Positions 40,742 through 49,510 of a stretch of 64,000 nt of DNA are shown here, in pieces. Within the stretch, counting starts at the first letter, position 1. Every line of letters begins with the position of its first letter. The translations under genes were made by a program, and so were the position numbers. Source of the DNA: Desulfatiglandales bacterium (lineage in GTDB: Bacteria > Desulfobacterota > DSM-4660 > Desulfatiglandales > HGW-15); the NCBI GenBank assembly GCA_963667015.2, contig CAXXJJ010000004.1, forward strand, positions 3,520,001 through 3,584,000. Direction: 5' to 3'. Under the pieces are notes generated by a model. That model saw nothing but the letters and a program-made list of their open reading frames with translations. It was not told where the DNA came from and did not search any database.

Positions 40742-41956
40742 ATGAATCACAATCCATCTAGAGTGGCTCATGAATTACGTGAACACCTTGCTTCTCATAA
40801 AAGAAATTTAGGCTTTCTTATGGGGGCCGGAACATCAATGTCAATAGGGCTACCAGGAATTGATAAACTTACAGAGTTGGTCGAAAACGCTCTACCTGCA
40901 GATAACTATAAAAAACATTTTAACCAAATCAAATCCGAAATTTCAATTGAATCGCCAAATGTTGAATTGGTTCTGAATCGAATTCGACTGATCAGGGAAC
41001 TATTAAATGATGATAAAAAAAATCTACATAATGGCATTACTGGTGAGAATATTAAAGATCTTGATCGTGAAGTTTGCATAGCAATTCATGGAGCTGTCAA
41101 TACCATAAAAATAGAAAATTCTATTCCCCATGAATTGTTATCCCAGTGGCTACATTCCTCATATGCACGCCGAAGTACACCAGTCGAAATATTTACTACT
41201 AATTATGATTTGCTATTTGAAAAAGCGATGGAAAAAGCCTCAGTTCCATATTTCGATGGTTTTATTGGAAGTGTAAATCCTTTCTTCTCGCCAGAATCAG
41301 TAGATGCAGATAGCAAGAAAAGGCATTCTGAATTTTGCCCACCCACTGCATGGACAAGATTGTGGAAATTACATGGTTCAATAAACTGGTTTTTACGACC
41401 TGAAGATGGAGATAAAAATAAAAAAATTACAAGAAGCTCTGGTGGAAATGAGTGTTCAGGGCAAGAGTTAATGATCTTCCCATCAAGAGATAAATACCTA
41501 GAATCTAGGAAATTACCCTTTATCGCATTTCAGGATAGATTTAGAAAATTCCTTAATACCGGAGAAGCAGTTTTATTTATTCTAGGTTATAGTTTTTCAG
41601 ATGAACACATTAATGAAATAATTTTTCAAGCTTTGAGAAGCAATAGTCGGCTTGCAGTAAACGCATTGATTTTTGGAGAAAAAGAGGGTGGAGAGTTGAA
41701 ATTGCCAGAAGGAATAGCAAACTATGCTAAAGAATATAGAAATCTTAGTATTTATGGCCCTGACAAGGCGGTAATCGGTGGTGTTAATGGTAACTGGGAT
41801 AATGAAGTAAGTGGCCCCAATATTGAATCTTACTGGAAAGAAAATTTATTTACTTTAGTAGATTTTAAAGCATTTTGCCAATACCTTGAAAAATATGTTG
41901 GATTTGGCATTAAAGCTTTTGAAAATGTTTCTGAAGATGATTCATTGAAAGGTTAA
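40742..41956 (+). CDS. SIR2-family NADase (Sir2-HerA defence)
   Basis: GAGTS, TTNYD, KLHGS, GYSFSDEHIN. Confidence 0.92.
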   Translation: MNHNPSRVAHELREHLASHKRNLGFLMGAGTSMSIGLPGIDKLTELVENALPADNYKKHFNQIKSEISIESPNVELVLNRIRLIRELLNDDKKNLHNGITGENIKDLDREVCIAIHGAVNTIKIENSIPHELLSQWLHSSYARRSTPVEIFTTNYDLLFEKAMEKASVPYFDGFIGSVNPFFSPESVDADSKKRHSEFCPPTAWTRLWKLHGSINWFLRPEDGDKNKKITRSSGGNECSGQELMIFPSRDKYLESRKLPFIAFQDRFRKFLNTGEAVLFILGYSFSDEHINEIIFQALRSNSRLAVNALIFGEKEGGELKLPEGIANYAKEYRNLSIYGPDKAVIGGVNGNWDNEVSGPNIESYWKENLFTLVDFKAFCQYLEKYVGFGIKAFENVSEDDSLKG

Positions 41957-41960
41957 ATAT

Positions 41961-43754
41961 ATGCCAACAGATGTAACATATCTTGGGCAAGTTCGCAAAG
42001 TGACAGGGGCTAAAGTCTTAGTTGAAATTACAGCTGATATCCCATCAGCTAATCCTATAATAAATGGACGTGTTCATAGATTGGGTCAAATTGGCTCATT
42101 CGTTAGAATTCCTGTTGGATATTTGAATCTCTATGGCATCGTTTCTATGGTTGGCGTTATCGATGATTTACAACAAAAAGAAAATGCACTTGACTCAAAT
42201 TATTTTGGTAATCGTTGGATAGAGGTGCAACTTGTAGGAGAAGCATATGCAAATGAAGTCTTTCAGCGTGGAGTAAGTGTTTTCCCTACAATTGAAGATG
42301 AGGTCCATATTGTTACAGAAGAAGATTTAGCCACTATCTATGCCCCTTCTGGTACATCTTCTATTAGTATTGGTACACTTGCCGCCTCTGAAAGTCTCAA
42401 AGCATACATTAGTATTGATAAACTTGTTACCCGGCATTGTGCAATTGTAGGATCAACAGGTAGTGGTAAGTCTAACACAGTAGCTGCATTATTGAAATCA
42501 TTGACTCTAGGTAACTTCCCAAATTCCCAAATCATTGTAATCGATCCACATGGTGAATATGGTGCGGCTTTAAAAGATTATGCGAAGGTTTTTTCAATTG
42601 GAGATCCAACGAATCCTCTAATTGTACCTTATTGGGCTTTGTCTTTTGATGAAATGGCCTGGTTTATTGCAGACAAGAAAAAAGCTTCTGAAACAGTACA
42701 AGATTTACGTTTTCGAGAGATGATCTATGAGCTTAAAAAACAAAAATGCAAAAAACTCAAAGCTGGAATAGTAGATGAGAATTCCATTACTTCAAATTCT
42801 CCAATTCCTTTTTCCTTAAAAGAGATATGGTATAATTTAGATAGAGAACTAAGAGTAACATATAGAGACAATGCACGGACTGAAGAAGCACTAATAAGAG
42901 AAGGTGATCCAGAGAAATTAGAACCAGCGTCTTTTGAGCCGCATGGACCCGGCGGAACACCACCCCATAAACCATTACAGGGTTCACTTATGGGTGGCTA
43001 TGTTAATAGAATAATAAGTCGCCTTAAAGATAAACGATTTGATTTTCTTCTGAATCCAAAAGAATATGATGGAGAGGAGAAAGATCTCCATGACTTACTT
43101 GAGGATTGGGTTGGTCATGATAAACCAATAACGGTTCTTGATTTTGGTGGTGTTCCATCGGATTTAACTGACTTAGTTGTTGGCGTGCTAACAAGGATAC
43201 TCTATGAAGGGATGTATTGGGGAAGTGACACCAAAGGAATAGGACGAAATAGACCTTTATTACTAGTTTTTGAAGAAGCCCATTCATATCTACCCAAAGG
43301 AGGTTCCTCTCAGTTTGTCGAAGGATATGCGTCGCAATCCGTACGAAGGATACTTAAAGAGGGTCGTAAATATGGTATAGGAGCTATTGTTGTAAGTCAA
43401 AGGCCATCAGAATTAGATGAAACGATATTGTCACAATGTGGAACCTTTATTTCATTAAGATTAACCAATGCGGTAGATCAAGGCATGATAAAATCAACCG
43501 TTCCTGACACACTTGCGAGTATCGCTGAATTGTTGCCCGCTCTACGCACAGGTGAAGCGGTTGTTGTAGGTGAAGCAACACAAATACCTAGTCGCATTCG
43601 TATTCCTCTGATTGAGCCAAGACCTAAAAGTGATGATCCTAAAGTAGGTTTACGTTGGAGAGAGATTAGAGCAATCAATGTTGAATATAACAAGGTAGTT
43701 ACTGCTTGGCGGAACCAAAACAAAGAAAATATTAATATAGATGAAGGAGAATAA
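41961..43754 (+). CDS. herA: HerA/FtsK-family ATPase (Sir2-HerA defence)
   Basis: HAS-barrel GQIGSFVRIP, Walker A GSTGSGKS, DPHGEY, Walker B FEEAH, EGRKYG, SQRPSE. Confidence 0.92.
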   Translation: MPTDVTYLGQVRKVTGAKVLVEITADIPSANPIINGRVHRLGQIGSFVRIPVGYLNLYGIVSMVGVIDDLQQKENALDSNYFGNRWIEVQLVGEAYANEVFQRGVSVFPTIEDEVHIVTEEDLATIYAPSGTSSISIGTLAASESLKAYISIDKLVTRHCAIVGSTGSGKSNTVAALLKSLTLGNFPNSQIIVIDPHGEYGAALKDYAKVFSIGDPTNPLIVPYWALSFDEMAWFIADKKKASETVQDLRFREMIYELKKQKCKKLKAGIVDENSITSNSPIPFSLKEIWYNLDRELRVTYRDNARTEEALIREGDPEKLEPASFEPHGPGGTPPHKPLQGSLMGGYVNRIISRLKDKRFDFLLNPKEYDGEEKDLHDLLEDWVGHDKPITVLDFGGVPSDLTDLVVGVLTRILYEGMYWGSDTKGIGRNRPLLLVFEEAHSYLPKGGSSQFVEGYASQSVRRILKEGRKYGIGAIVVSQRPSELDETILSQCGTFISLRLTNAVDQGMIKSTVPDTLASIAELLPALRTGEAVVVGEATQIPSRIRIPLIEPRPKSDDPKVGLRWREIRAINVEYNKVVTAWRNQNKENINIDEGE

Positions 43755-43756
43755 AA

Positions 43757-43972
43757 ATGGAAAGAACACCTGTATCATCCAGTAATTTAGCGTCTGTAGG
43801 TTATGATGTGAGTAGTGCTACATTAGAGGTTGAATTTAATTATGGAGGTATTTATCAATACAGCGGTGTCCCGGAGGATGTTTATCAGGGACTTATGAAT
43901 GCATCCTCTCATGGAAAATACTTTGATCAATTTGTAAAGAAAGCGGGATATCCTTATATAAAAATCGGATAA
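43757..43972 (+). CDS. KTSC domain protein
   Basis: VSSSNLASVGYD....LEVEF..G.IYQY.GVP..VY..LMNA.S.GKYF; AAGGAG RBS. Confidence 0.9.
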   Translation: MERTPVSSSNLASVGYDVSSATLEVEFNYGGIYQYSGVPEDVYQGLMNASSHGKYFDQFVKKAGYPYIKIG

Positions 43973-43993
43973 AAAATAAAAGGAAGCCATGCA

Positions 43994-44317
43994 ATGAGTG
44001 GTAAGTTGATTTTTATAGATGCCAATGTGTATTTACGTTTTTATGACACTTCCAGTCGTAAATTTAAATCACTTCTCAAGTCTATTGTTGAAATTAGAGA
44101 AAAGATTTTTATTACAGACCAGATTCGTGACGAAGTGAATAGAAATAAATTGCAGGTAGCAATAAATAGTTTTTCTGCTAATTTTAAAGAGCTTGGCATA
44201 AAAAAAAGGCCACTTCCTGAACATTTTGATGAATATTTTGACAAGAAATTATCGAAATGGAATAAAAAAAGGGACGCGCTGACCGGGACGTCCTTTAATA
44301 ATCAATTAACTCCTTAA
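43994..44317 (+). pseudogene. PIN-like (DUF4935-type) protein, 3'-truncated
   Basis: IFIDANVYLRFY...ITDQIRDEVNRN. The frame runs into the GGGACG repeat at about 44271 and stops before the later PIN acidic residues. Confidence 0.7.
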
Positions 44318-44449
44318 GAGCTGTAATATCAAGGCTCTTGAAACTTATTACATATCAGTGCAACCAGGTTTATTCAATTTACCGGAAGAGCGGGGAAAGA
44401 CAAGTCCTTTAATAAAGAAATCAAAAAAATCGGAATCCCGGATGAAAGG

Positions 44450-44730
44450 CAACGGGTCAAGTCTCCTATTAGCTCTTATTATTTTTCTATATTCTTATAA
44501 ACACTAACAGCTATTCAGAGACTCCCCATCTACTATCCTATTGATTGTTTACCAGGATGGATTAATCCTATTTGGGGAAATAGGAAATATTTCCGGAATC
44601 CCCAGATAGAAAAATATTATCAAAAACCGGGCAGACAGCCGTCTTCGTCAAGGCTACGTCGTGCCAGGTATAAGGTCTGCCCCTACATTACATAACAATG
44701 GACAACGGGTCAAATCTCCGATTAGCTCTT
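44450..44730 (+). repeat. 28-bp direct repeats CAACGGGTCAA(G/A)TCTCC(T/G)ATTAGCTCTT at 44450-44477 and 44703-44730
   Basis: 26/28 identical, enclosing non-coding DNA and a REP. Confidence 0.85.
44629..44686 (-). repeat. GTAG-type REP interrupted by a second short palindromic repeat
   Basis: GGGCAGACA-[GCCGTCTTCGTCAAGGCTACGTCGTGCCAGG]-TATAAGGTCTGCCCCTAC; compare 62441-62466. Confidence 0.6.
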
Positions 44731-44751
44731 GTTTATTTAAAAAAAAGCAAA

Positions 44752-44805
44752 AATTGAAAATGGCTCCGATTCTGCCTTAATTGAAAATGGCTCCGATTCT
44801 GCCTT
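44752..44805 (+). repeat. Perfect 27-bp tandem duplication
   Basis: AATTGAAAATGGCTCCGATTCTGCCTT x2. Confidence 0.9.
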
Positions 44806-44870
44806 CGGGAGCTGGATAAGCTTATCTCATTGTTTTACATCATTAAAGGTTTTGCTTTCTGGATAAGTGC

Positions 44871-45953
44871 ATGATAAAAAAACACATTTTTTTACCAAAA
44901 AAATCGGCACACTTTAAAGAAATGTTAAATAAAAATAATAGGGAAATATTAAGAGATTTGATGGTACAAGTTTTAACAAATGCCGACGGTGTCGATGCGT
45001 TAAAATTTCGAGCCAACCATGAGAATTGTCTGGCAATCATCGATGAGTTGGAAGAAAGGAACTACATCGAAAGAAAAGATAATAAGTATAATATTAAATT
45101 ACTTGCTTTAGCAGAATTTAAAAATGAAGATCAACCGGCTGAAAGCATACTAAATAATTGTTCTATTATTTTTTCAGAATTGCGTAAAATGTATAAACAA
45201 TCTCCCGGTGTAACTTTTCGATTATATCAACTATCAAGAACGATAAAACTCCCAAATGACCAAGTGAGGAAAGCATTAGTATATTTAATTCAGGCACCTA
45301 TATGGAGTAGTTACACGTCTGATTTATTAAACGAGCCTGTGATATGGTTATCACCAAGTGAAAGTATCTTGAAATATAATACTTTTGATGAGGTTATATC
45401 TCAACTTCGTCAATGGTCCTCAGCTACTTATACTCGTTCGAAAAACTATTCATCGACAAAAAAACTAGATAATAAAATGAAAGAATCTGAATTGGAGATA
45501 CTAGCTTCATATATTAAACCAAGTGAAGTATGGGCTAATATAGAAAAAGACTACGATATAACAAAACGTATGTTTGGGAAAAAGATTCACTTTGTTAACG
45601 ATAATTATAAAAGGAAAATTATTTTCAGAGATATTGAACATGCGTTTGTACTAGCAAATCTCGGTTTTTCCAAACCAGCTGTTATTTTAACTGGCAGCAT
45701 TATTGAAGAATTATTAAATCTATATTTACAGTACAAAAAAATAAAACCTAAGGGGGATACTTTCAATTCTTATATCAAAGCTTGCGAATTTCACGGACTT
45801 CTCAAATTTGCAATACATAGACTCACAGATTCGATCAGATCTTTTCGGAATCTTGTACACCTATCAAATGAAAATTCCAGAAATGATACAATATCCAAAG
45901 CGACCGCAAAAGCAGCTTTTTCTTCTATTTTTATAATAGTCAATGATTTTTAA
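44871..45953 (+). CDS. Hypothetical protein with probable C-terminal HEPN (DUF4145-like) domain
   Basis: A.IL.GSIIE.LL...IRSFRNLVH (R-x4-6-H); AT-rich. Start uncertain. Confidence 0.6.
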   Translation: MIKKHIFLPKKSAHFKEMLNKNNREILRDLMVQVLTNADGVDALKFRANHENCLAIIDELEERNYIERKDNKYNIKLLALAEFKNEDQPAESILNNCSIIFSELRKMYKQSPGVTFRLYQLSRTIKLPNDQVRKALVYLIQAPIWSSYTSDLLNEPVIWLSPSESILKYNTFDEVISQLRQWSSATYTRSKNYSSTKKLDNKMKESELEILASYIKPSEVWANIEKDYDITKRMFGKKIHFVNDNYKRKIIFRDIEHAFVLANLGFSKPAVILTGSIIEELLNLYLQYKKIKPKGDTFNSYIKACEFHGLLKFAIHRLTDSIRSFRNLVHLSNENSRNDTISKATAKAAFSSIFIIVNDF

Positions 45954-46343
45954 TCTAAAGAAAATAAAGAGCCATGAACAGACCGGGGTAAGTCCTTGAC
46001 ATTTACACTTTTTCTCCTGAGCGTGGTACTATAGCAAGTGCTGACCACTGATCATCTGCATTAAATGCCTCAAGATCCTGGGTGGAATAATCGCCATTTA
46101 TCGGAAATGCTCATGTTGGCAACTCCGATAAATAGAAAAATGATTTTATAAAACATGCGTAATAAAAAGCATTTATCCAATTTTACAGGTGATAAATAGC
46201 AGTAAAAAATATTAATCCGGACCATAAAATCCATATTTGGCGAAAATGGCGATGTCGCCAAATCCGCCAAATAGAAAAAACAGAACAGTACACTTTTCAC
46301 ACAAGGTCCATTATTTTTCCCCTATAAGGCAGTAGGGAACGTA

Positions 46344-46400
46344 GGTAAAAAGGTAAAATCTCCTGTTCCATAAATTTATGGAACAGGCAGGAAATTTATC
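46344..46400. repeat. Hairpin repeat copy 2
   Basis: GGTAAAAAGGTAAAATCT + perfect 26-bp palindrome CCTGTTCCATAAATTTATGGAACAGG + AAATTTATC. Confidence 0.8.
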
Positions 46401-46472
46401 CAAAAAAAATAGATCTTGCAGGAAAAAACCGGCCCTTGACATTGACACTAAAGAAGGGGATAAAATCTTTGA

Positions 46473-46925
46473 CTAACGATCTGATAATTTTTTCTCTTTG
46501 ATCTTTTTAAGGAATTTAAGGTCTTCTTTGTCTTTCCCTCTGCCGGCGGCTTCTTTCATCCTGATCAAATCATCCAATGATGCGAAATAGCAGGAGACGT
46601 CACCAATTTTACCTGGCACCTTGTTATTCCATATTTCTTCAACTGCAACGCCTTTAACAAAAGGGTGGATATCTGTTTCCAGAATGTATTGCCTGATAAG
46701 GATTTTTTTTGAAAGGATGTCTGAGACAGAAACTTCATCCATATCATAACCAAAATTTTTTAAAGCAAGGAGGGTATTTTTAGCATTTTCTTCAGTAGGC
46801 TTGATGAGTATATCAATATCAAGGGTGGCTCTTGAATATCCATGAATAGGAAAAGCCGTTGCACCAATTATGACATAATCAACTTCATGCTCGTTTAATG
46901 ATTTCAGGAGTTTTTCTGTGTCCAT
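46473..46925 (-). CDS. Minimal nucleotidyltransferase-fold protein
   Basis: IIGATA...HG..RATLDIDI, LI.MKEAAGR.KD.ED. Start at MDTEK. Confidence 0.8.
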   Translation of the reverse strand: MDTEKLLKSLNEHEVDYVIIGATAFPIHGYSRATLDIDILIKPTEENAKNTLLALKNFGYDMDEVSVSDILSKKILIRQYILETDIHPFVKGVAVEEIWNNKVPGKIGDVSCYFASLDDLIRMKEAAGRGKDKEDLKFLKKIKEKKLSDR

Positions 46926-47070
46926 TTTTTTCCAGCATTTCCGCAAGCTCTTTTGATCTCAAAAACATCATATGAAATCTTTGTTCAGAAGTCAGAGAAA
47001 GTAGATAATCAACTTCAAAATCTATTTCCTTTTCTTCATCATCTGAATCTATCTTTAATATTGGAGACAT
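46885..47070 (-). CDS. Small partner protein of the nucleotidyltransferase
   Basis: 61 aa, overlaps the downstream gene, LSLTSEQRF motif. Confidence 0.6.
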   Translation of the reverse strand: MSPILKIDSDDEEKEIDFEVDYLLSLTSEQRFHMMFLRSKELAEMLEKNGHRKTPEIIKRA

Positions 47071-47364
47071 TTAACAAACCCTTTAAATATTCATAATCTT
47101 TATGAAAACTATATGATTTTATTAGTTAATAGTCAAATTATTGTTTATAGAAGGAGCCAGTTTCAAAACGCCCGATTTTGGGCAATCTCTTCCGGTGACT
47201 GCCTCATATATACGTTTCGCTGTTTTATCAAAAAACTGCCTATGAAAAGCATCGGAGTCTGCCCTTGACATTGGACATATAGCAACTTGTTCCTTTTCCT
47301 ATTAGCCATTACTTTCACTTTATCCTTAATCGTTTTCACAGGTCTTTTAAGAACTGTTACCCCC

Positions 47365-47427
47365 TGACTAATTCGGAGTCGAATCCGAAACAGCCTTGAC
47401 TTTTTCGGATTGCATGTCATAATAGTC
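47365..47427 (+). promoter_or_regulatory. Promoter/operator of the DUF4143 ATPase (probably leaderless)
   Basis: TTCGGA-6-TCCGAA palindrome, second TTCGGA, outer TGACTA/TAGTCA. TTGACT-16-CATAAT ends 8 bp before the ATG; no RBS. Confidence 0.5.
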
Positions 47428-47431
47428 AGCC

Positions 47432-48565
47432 ATGGAACGATACTTAAAAGAATATGTGCAGGAAGATCTGGATAAAAAAATCATCCTGTTAACAGGCCCG
47501 CGGCAAACCGGAAAAACAATATTATCCAGGATGTTGAAGAGTGAATTTGATTACTTCAACTTTGATAATATTGATGACAGGGTGAGTTTACACGAAAAAT
47601 CCTGGGATCGTTCTAAGCCTCTGATTATTTTCGACGAACTGCATAAACTGAAAAACTGGAAATCCTGGTTAAAAGGCATATATGACACAGAAGGTATTCC
47701 CCCCTCAATTGTCGTTACCGGAAGCGCTAAACTTGATACCTATAAAAAGGTCGGGGATTCTTTAGCCGGAAGATTTTTTCAGTTTAGAATGCACCCTTTG
47801 GACCTGAAAGAAATTAAATCCTTTTTAAAACCTGAGAATCTTGACTCGGAGTTAGATAAACTTCTGCTCCTTGGCGGCTTTCCAGAACCATTTTTAAATG
47901 GAACGCAGCGGTTTTACAATCGCTGGAAAAAATCGCATCTCGATATCATTTTAAAACAGGATCTTATTGACCTCGAAAACGTACAGCAGATAACGCAAAT
48001 TGAAACCCTTATTCAGATGTTGAAACTTCGGGTAGGCAGCCCGATTTCATACAGTTCTCTTGCGCAGGATCTACAATGCTCAGATAAAACAGTAAAAAGA
48101 TGGCTGACAATACTTGAAAACATGTATGTTATTTTTAAAGTTCCTCCTTTTCATAAAAATATAGCCAGGGCTATACAGAAGGCACCAAAATATTATTTTT
48201 ATGATACCGGTCAGGTTTTGGGAGACTCCGGTATTAAGCTTGAAAATGCTGTTGCATGTGCTATTCACAAGGAAATACATTTTCGGGAGGATTGTTTTGG
48301 AGAGGAAAGAACCTTGTTTTATGTAAAAAATAAGGAAGGAAAAGAAATTGATTTTTGTGTCGCATCAAATAACATTCCTTCATTACTATTAGAAGTGAAA
48401 TGGAATGATAATAGCCTGAGCCCAAACTTTAAACAATTTAGAAATTTTTTTTCCGATGTTAAAATGGTCCAAATCTCGAAAACACTGAATAGAGAAAAGA
48501 CTTTCCCTGGAGGAGAGGAACTCAGGAATGCATCCAAATGGCTCGCAAAACTTTCGCTTCCATAA
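47432..48565 (+). CDS. AAA_14/DUF4143 ATPase
   Basis: GPRQTGKT, FDELH, TGSA, DSLAGR, GGFP, KAPKYYFYDTG, EIDF...LEVK. Confidence 0.9.
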   Translation: MERYLKEYVQEDLDKKIILLTGPRQTGKTILSRMLKSEFDYFNFDNIDDRVSLHEKSWDRSKPLIIFDELHKLKNWKSWLKGIYDTEGIPPSIVVTGSAKLDTYKKVGDSLAGRFFQFRMHPLDLKEIKSFLKPENLDSELDKLLLLGGFPEPFLNGTQRFYNRWKKSHLDIILKQDLIDLENVQQITQIETLIQMLKLRVGSPISYSSLAQDLQCSDKTVKRWLTILENMYVIFKVPPFHKNIARAIQKAPKYYFYDTGQVLGDSGIKLENAVACAIHKEIHFREDCFGEERTLFYVKNKEGKEIDFCVASNNIPSLLLEVKWNDNSLSPNFKQFRNFFSDVKMVQISKTLNREKTFPGGEELRNASKWLAKLSLP

Positions 48566-48667
48566 ACTATTTACTTAGTAGCTATATTTTTATGAAACGA
48601 TAAATCAAGTTATTTTATATGGGTGTCTGCTCTTTTTCGACTTGCATCCTGCCTCTTTTAAAAGATA

Positions 48668-48772
48668 CTAAAAGGTGAAATCTGCCTCAACTACAGCTTT
48701 CTTTGTCTTTAAATCAGACAGTTGCAATGCCTCATTCATTAAGCTGTCATCGATTATTATGTTTGTTCTCAC
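48668..48772 (-). pseudogene. Truncated VapB-type (RHH) antitoxin
   Basis: AAGGAGG RBS, GTG start, MRTNIIIDDSLMNEALQLSDLKTKKAVVEA then DFTF*. Upstream TGTGTA...TACACA operator-like repeat at 48785-48812; no toxin follows. Confidence 0.75.
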
Positions 48773-48915
48773 AACAGCCTCCTTTGTGTATACATTGACT
48801 TAATTATACACATTCGAAAGGGAATGAAAAGCAAGCAAACAAAGGGGTAAAAAAATTAAAGAAAGATTTAAAGCAAAGATTTCTCAGTTACACTTCGAAA
48901 TGACAGGATGAAAAA

Positions 48916-48955
48916 CAGGCTGAAGCGTTTTAGTCTGTAGGCTGTTAGGGGAAAG
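48916..48955 (-). repeat. Dispersed repeat, inverted partner of 35811-35849
   Basis: See 35811-35849. Both copies adjoin CAGAGATCAGA-type heptamer runs. Confidence 0.85.
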
Positions 48956-49095
48956 AAAAAACAGAGATCAGAAATCAGAGGTCCTTATGAATTCTGCCTC
49001 TTCTTCCGAATGAAAATAATAATTCATTGACATATTTCAATTTCGTTGAGTAAAACATCTCAACTATTATGCGTCGGGATGATCAGGAGTATACA

Positions 49096-49302
49096 ATGAA
49101 CATAGAAGATAGAATTATAGGGCTTGAAATTAAAGTTACCTATCAGGAAGATACAATTTCGCAATTGAATGATGTAATTTATTCTCAACAAAAGACTATT
49201 GATACTCTTGTATCCCGTTTATCACAAATGGAATTTGTTCTTGAAAGAGTTATGGAGTCAGGCCTCAGGGATATTTCAAAGGAACCTCCGCCACATTACT
49301 AA
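49096..49302 (+). CDS. slyX: SlyX family protein
   Basis: EDRI..LE.K..YQEDTI.QLND....QQ..I, ending in PPPHY. Confidence 0.9.
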   Translation: MNIEDRIIGLEIKVTYQEDTISQLNDVIYSQQKTIDTLVSRLSQMEFVLERVMESGLRDISKEPPPHY

Positions 49303-49363
49303 GGGAAAATAAGGGTCGTAGGTAAAAAGATTGTAGCATGGAGCATCGGGAGCATCCAGCATC

Positions 49364-49474
49364 GGGTCAAACCGGGCTAACTCATTGGAATCAATCCATA
49401 TACTTTATTAAATGACTTGTTTTTAGTCATTATATCGCTGTTTTCAGTCGTAAAAAGGGGCATATAAGAAAAGA
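49364..49474 (+). repeat. Direct-repeat copy A flanking the DUF4143 gene
   Basis: 49364-49447 aligns ungapped with 50882-50965 (about 68/84). Its 3' part also matches 24318-24374. Confidence 0.85.
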
Positions 49475-49510
49475 AGGATATATTTTATAGAGTAATGGCA
49501 TCGTATATTA

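Noticed and set aside
44752..44805. CRISPR-like repeat (contains ATTGAAA)
   Set aside because: Only two directly adjacent copies with no spacer and no cas operon; a simple tandem duplication.
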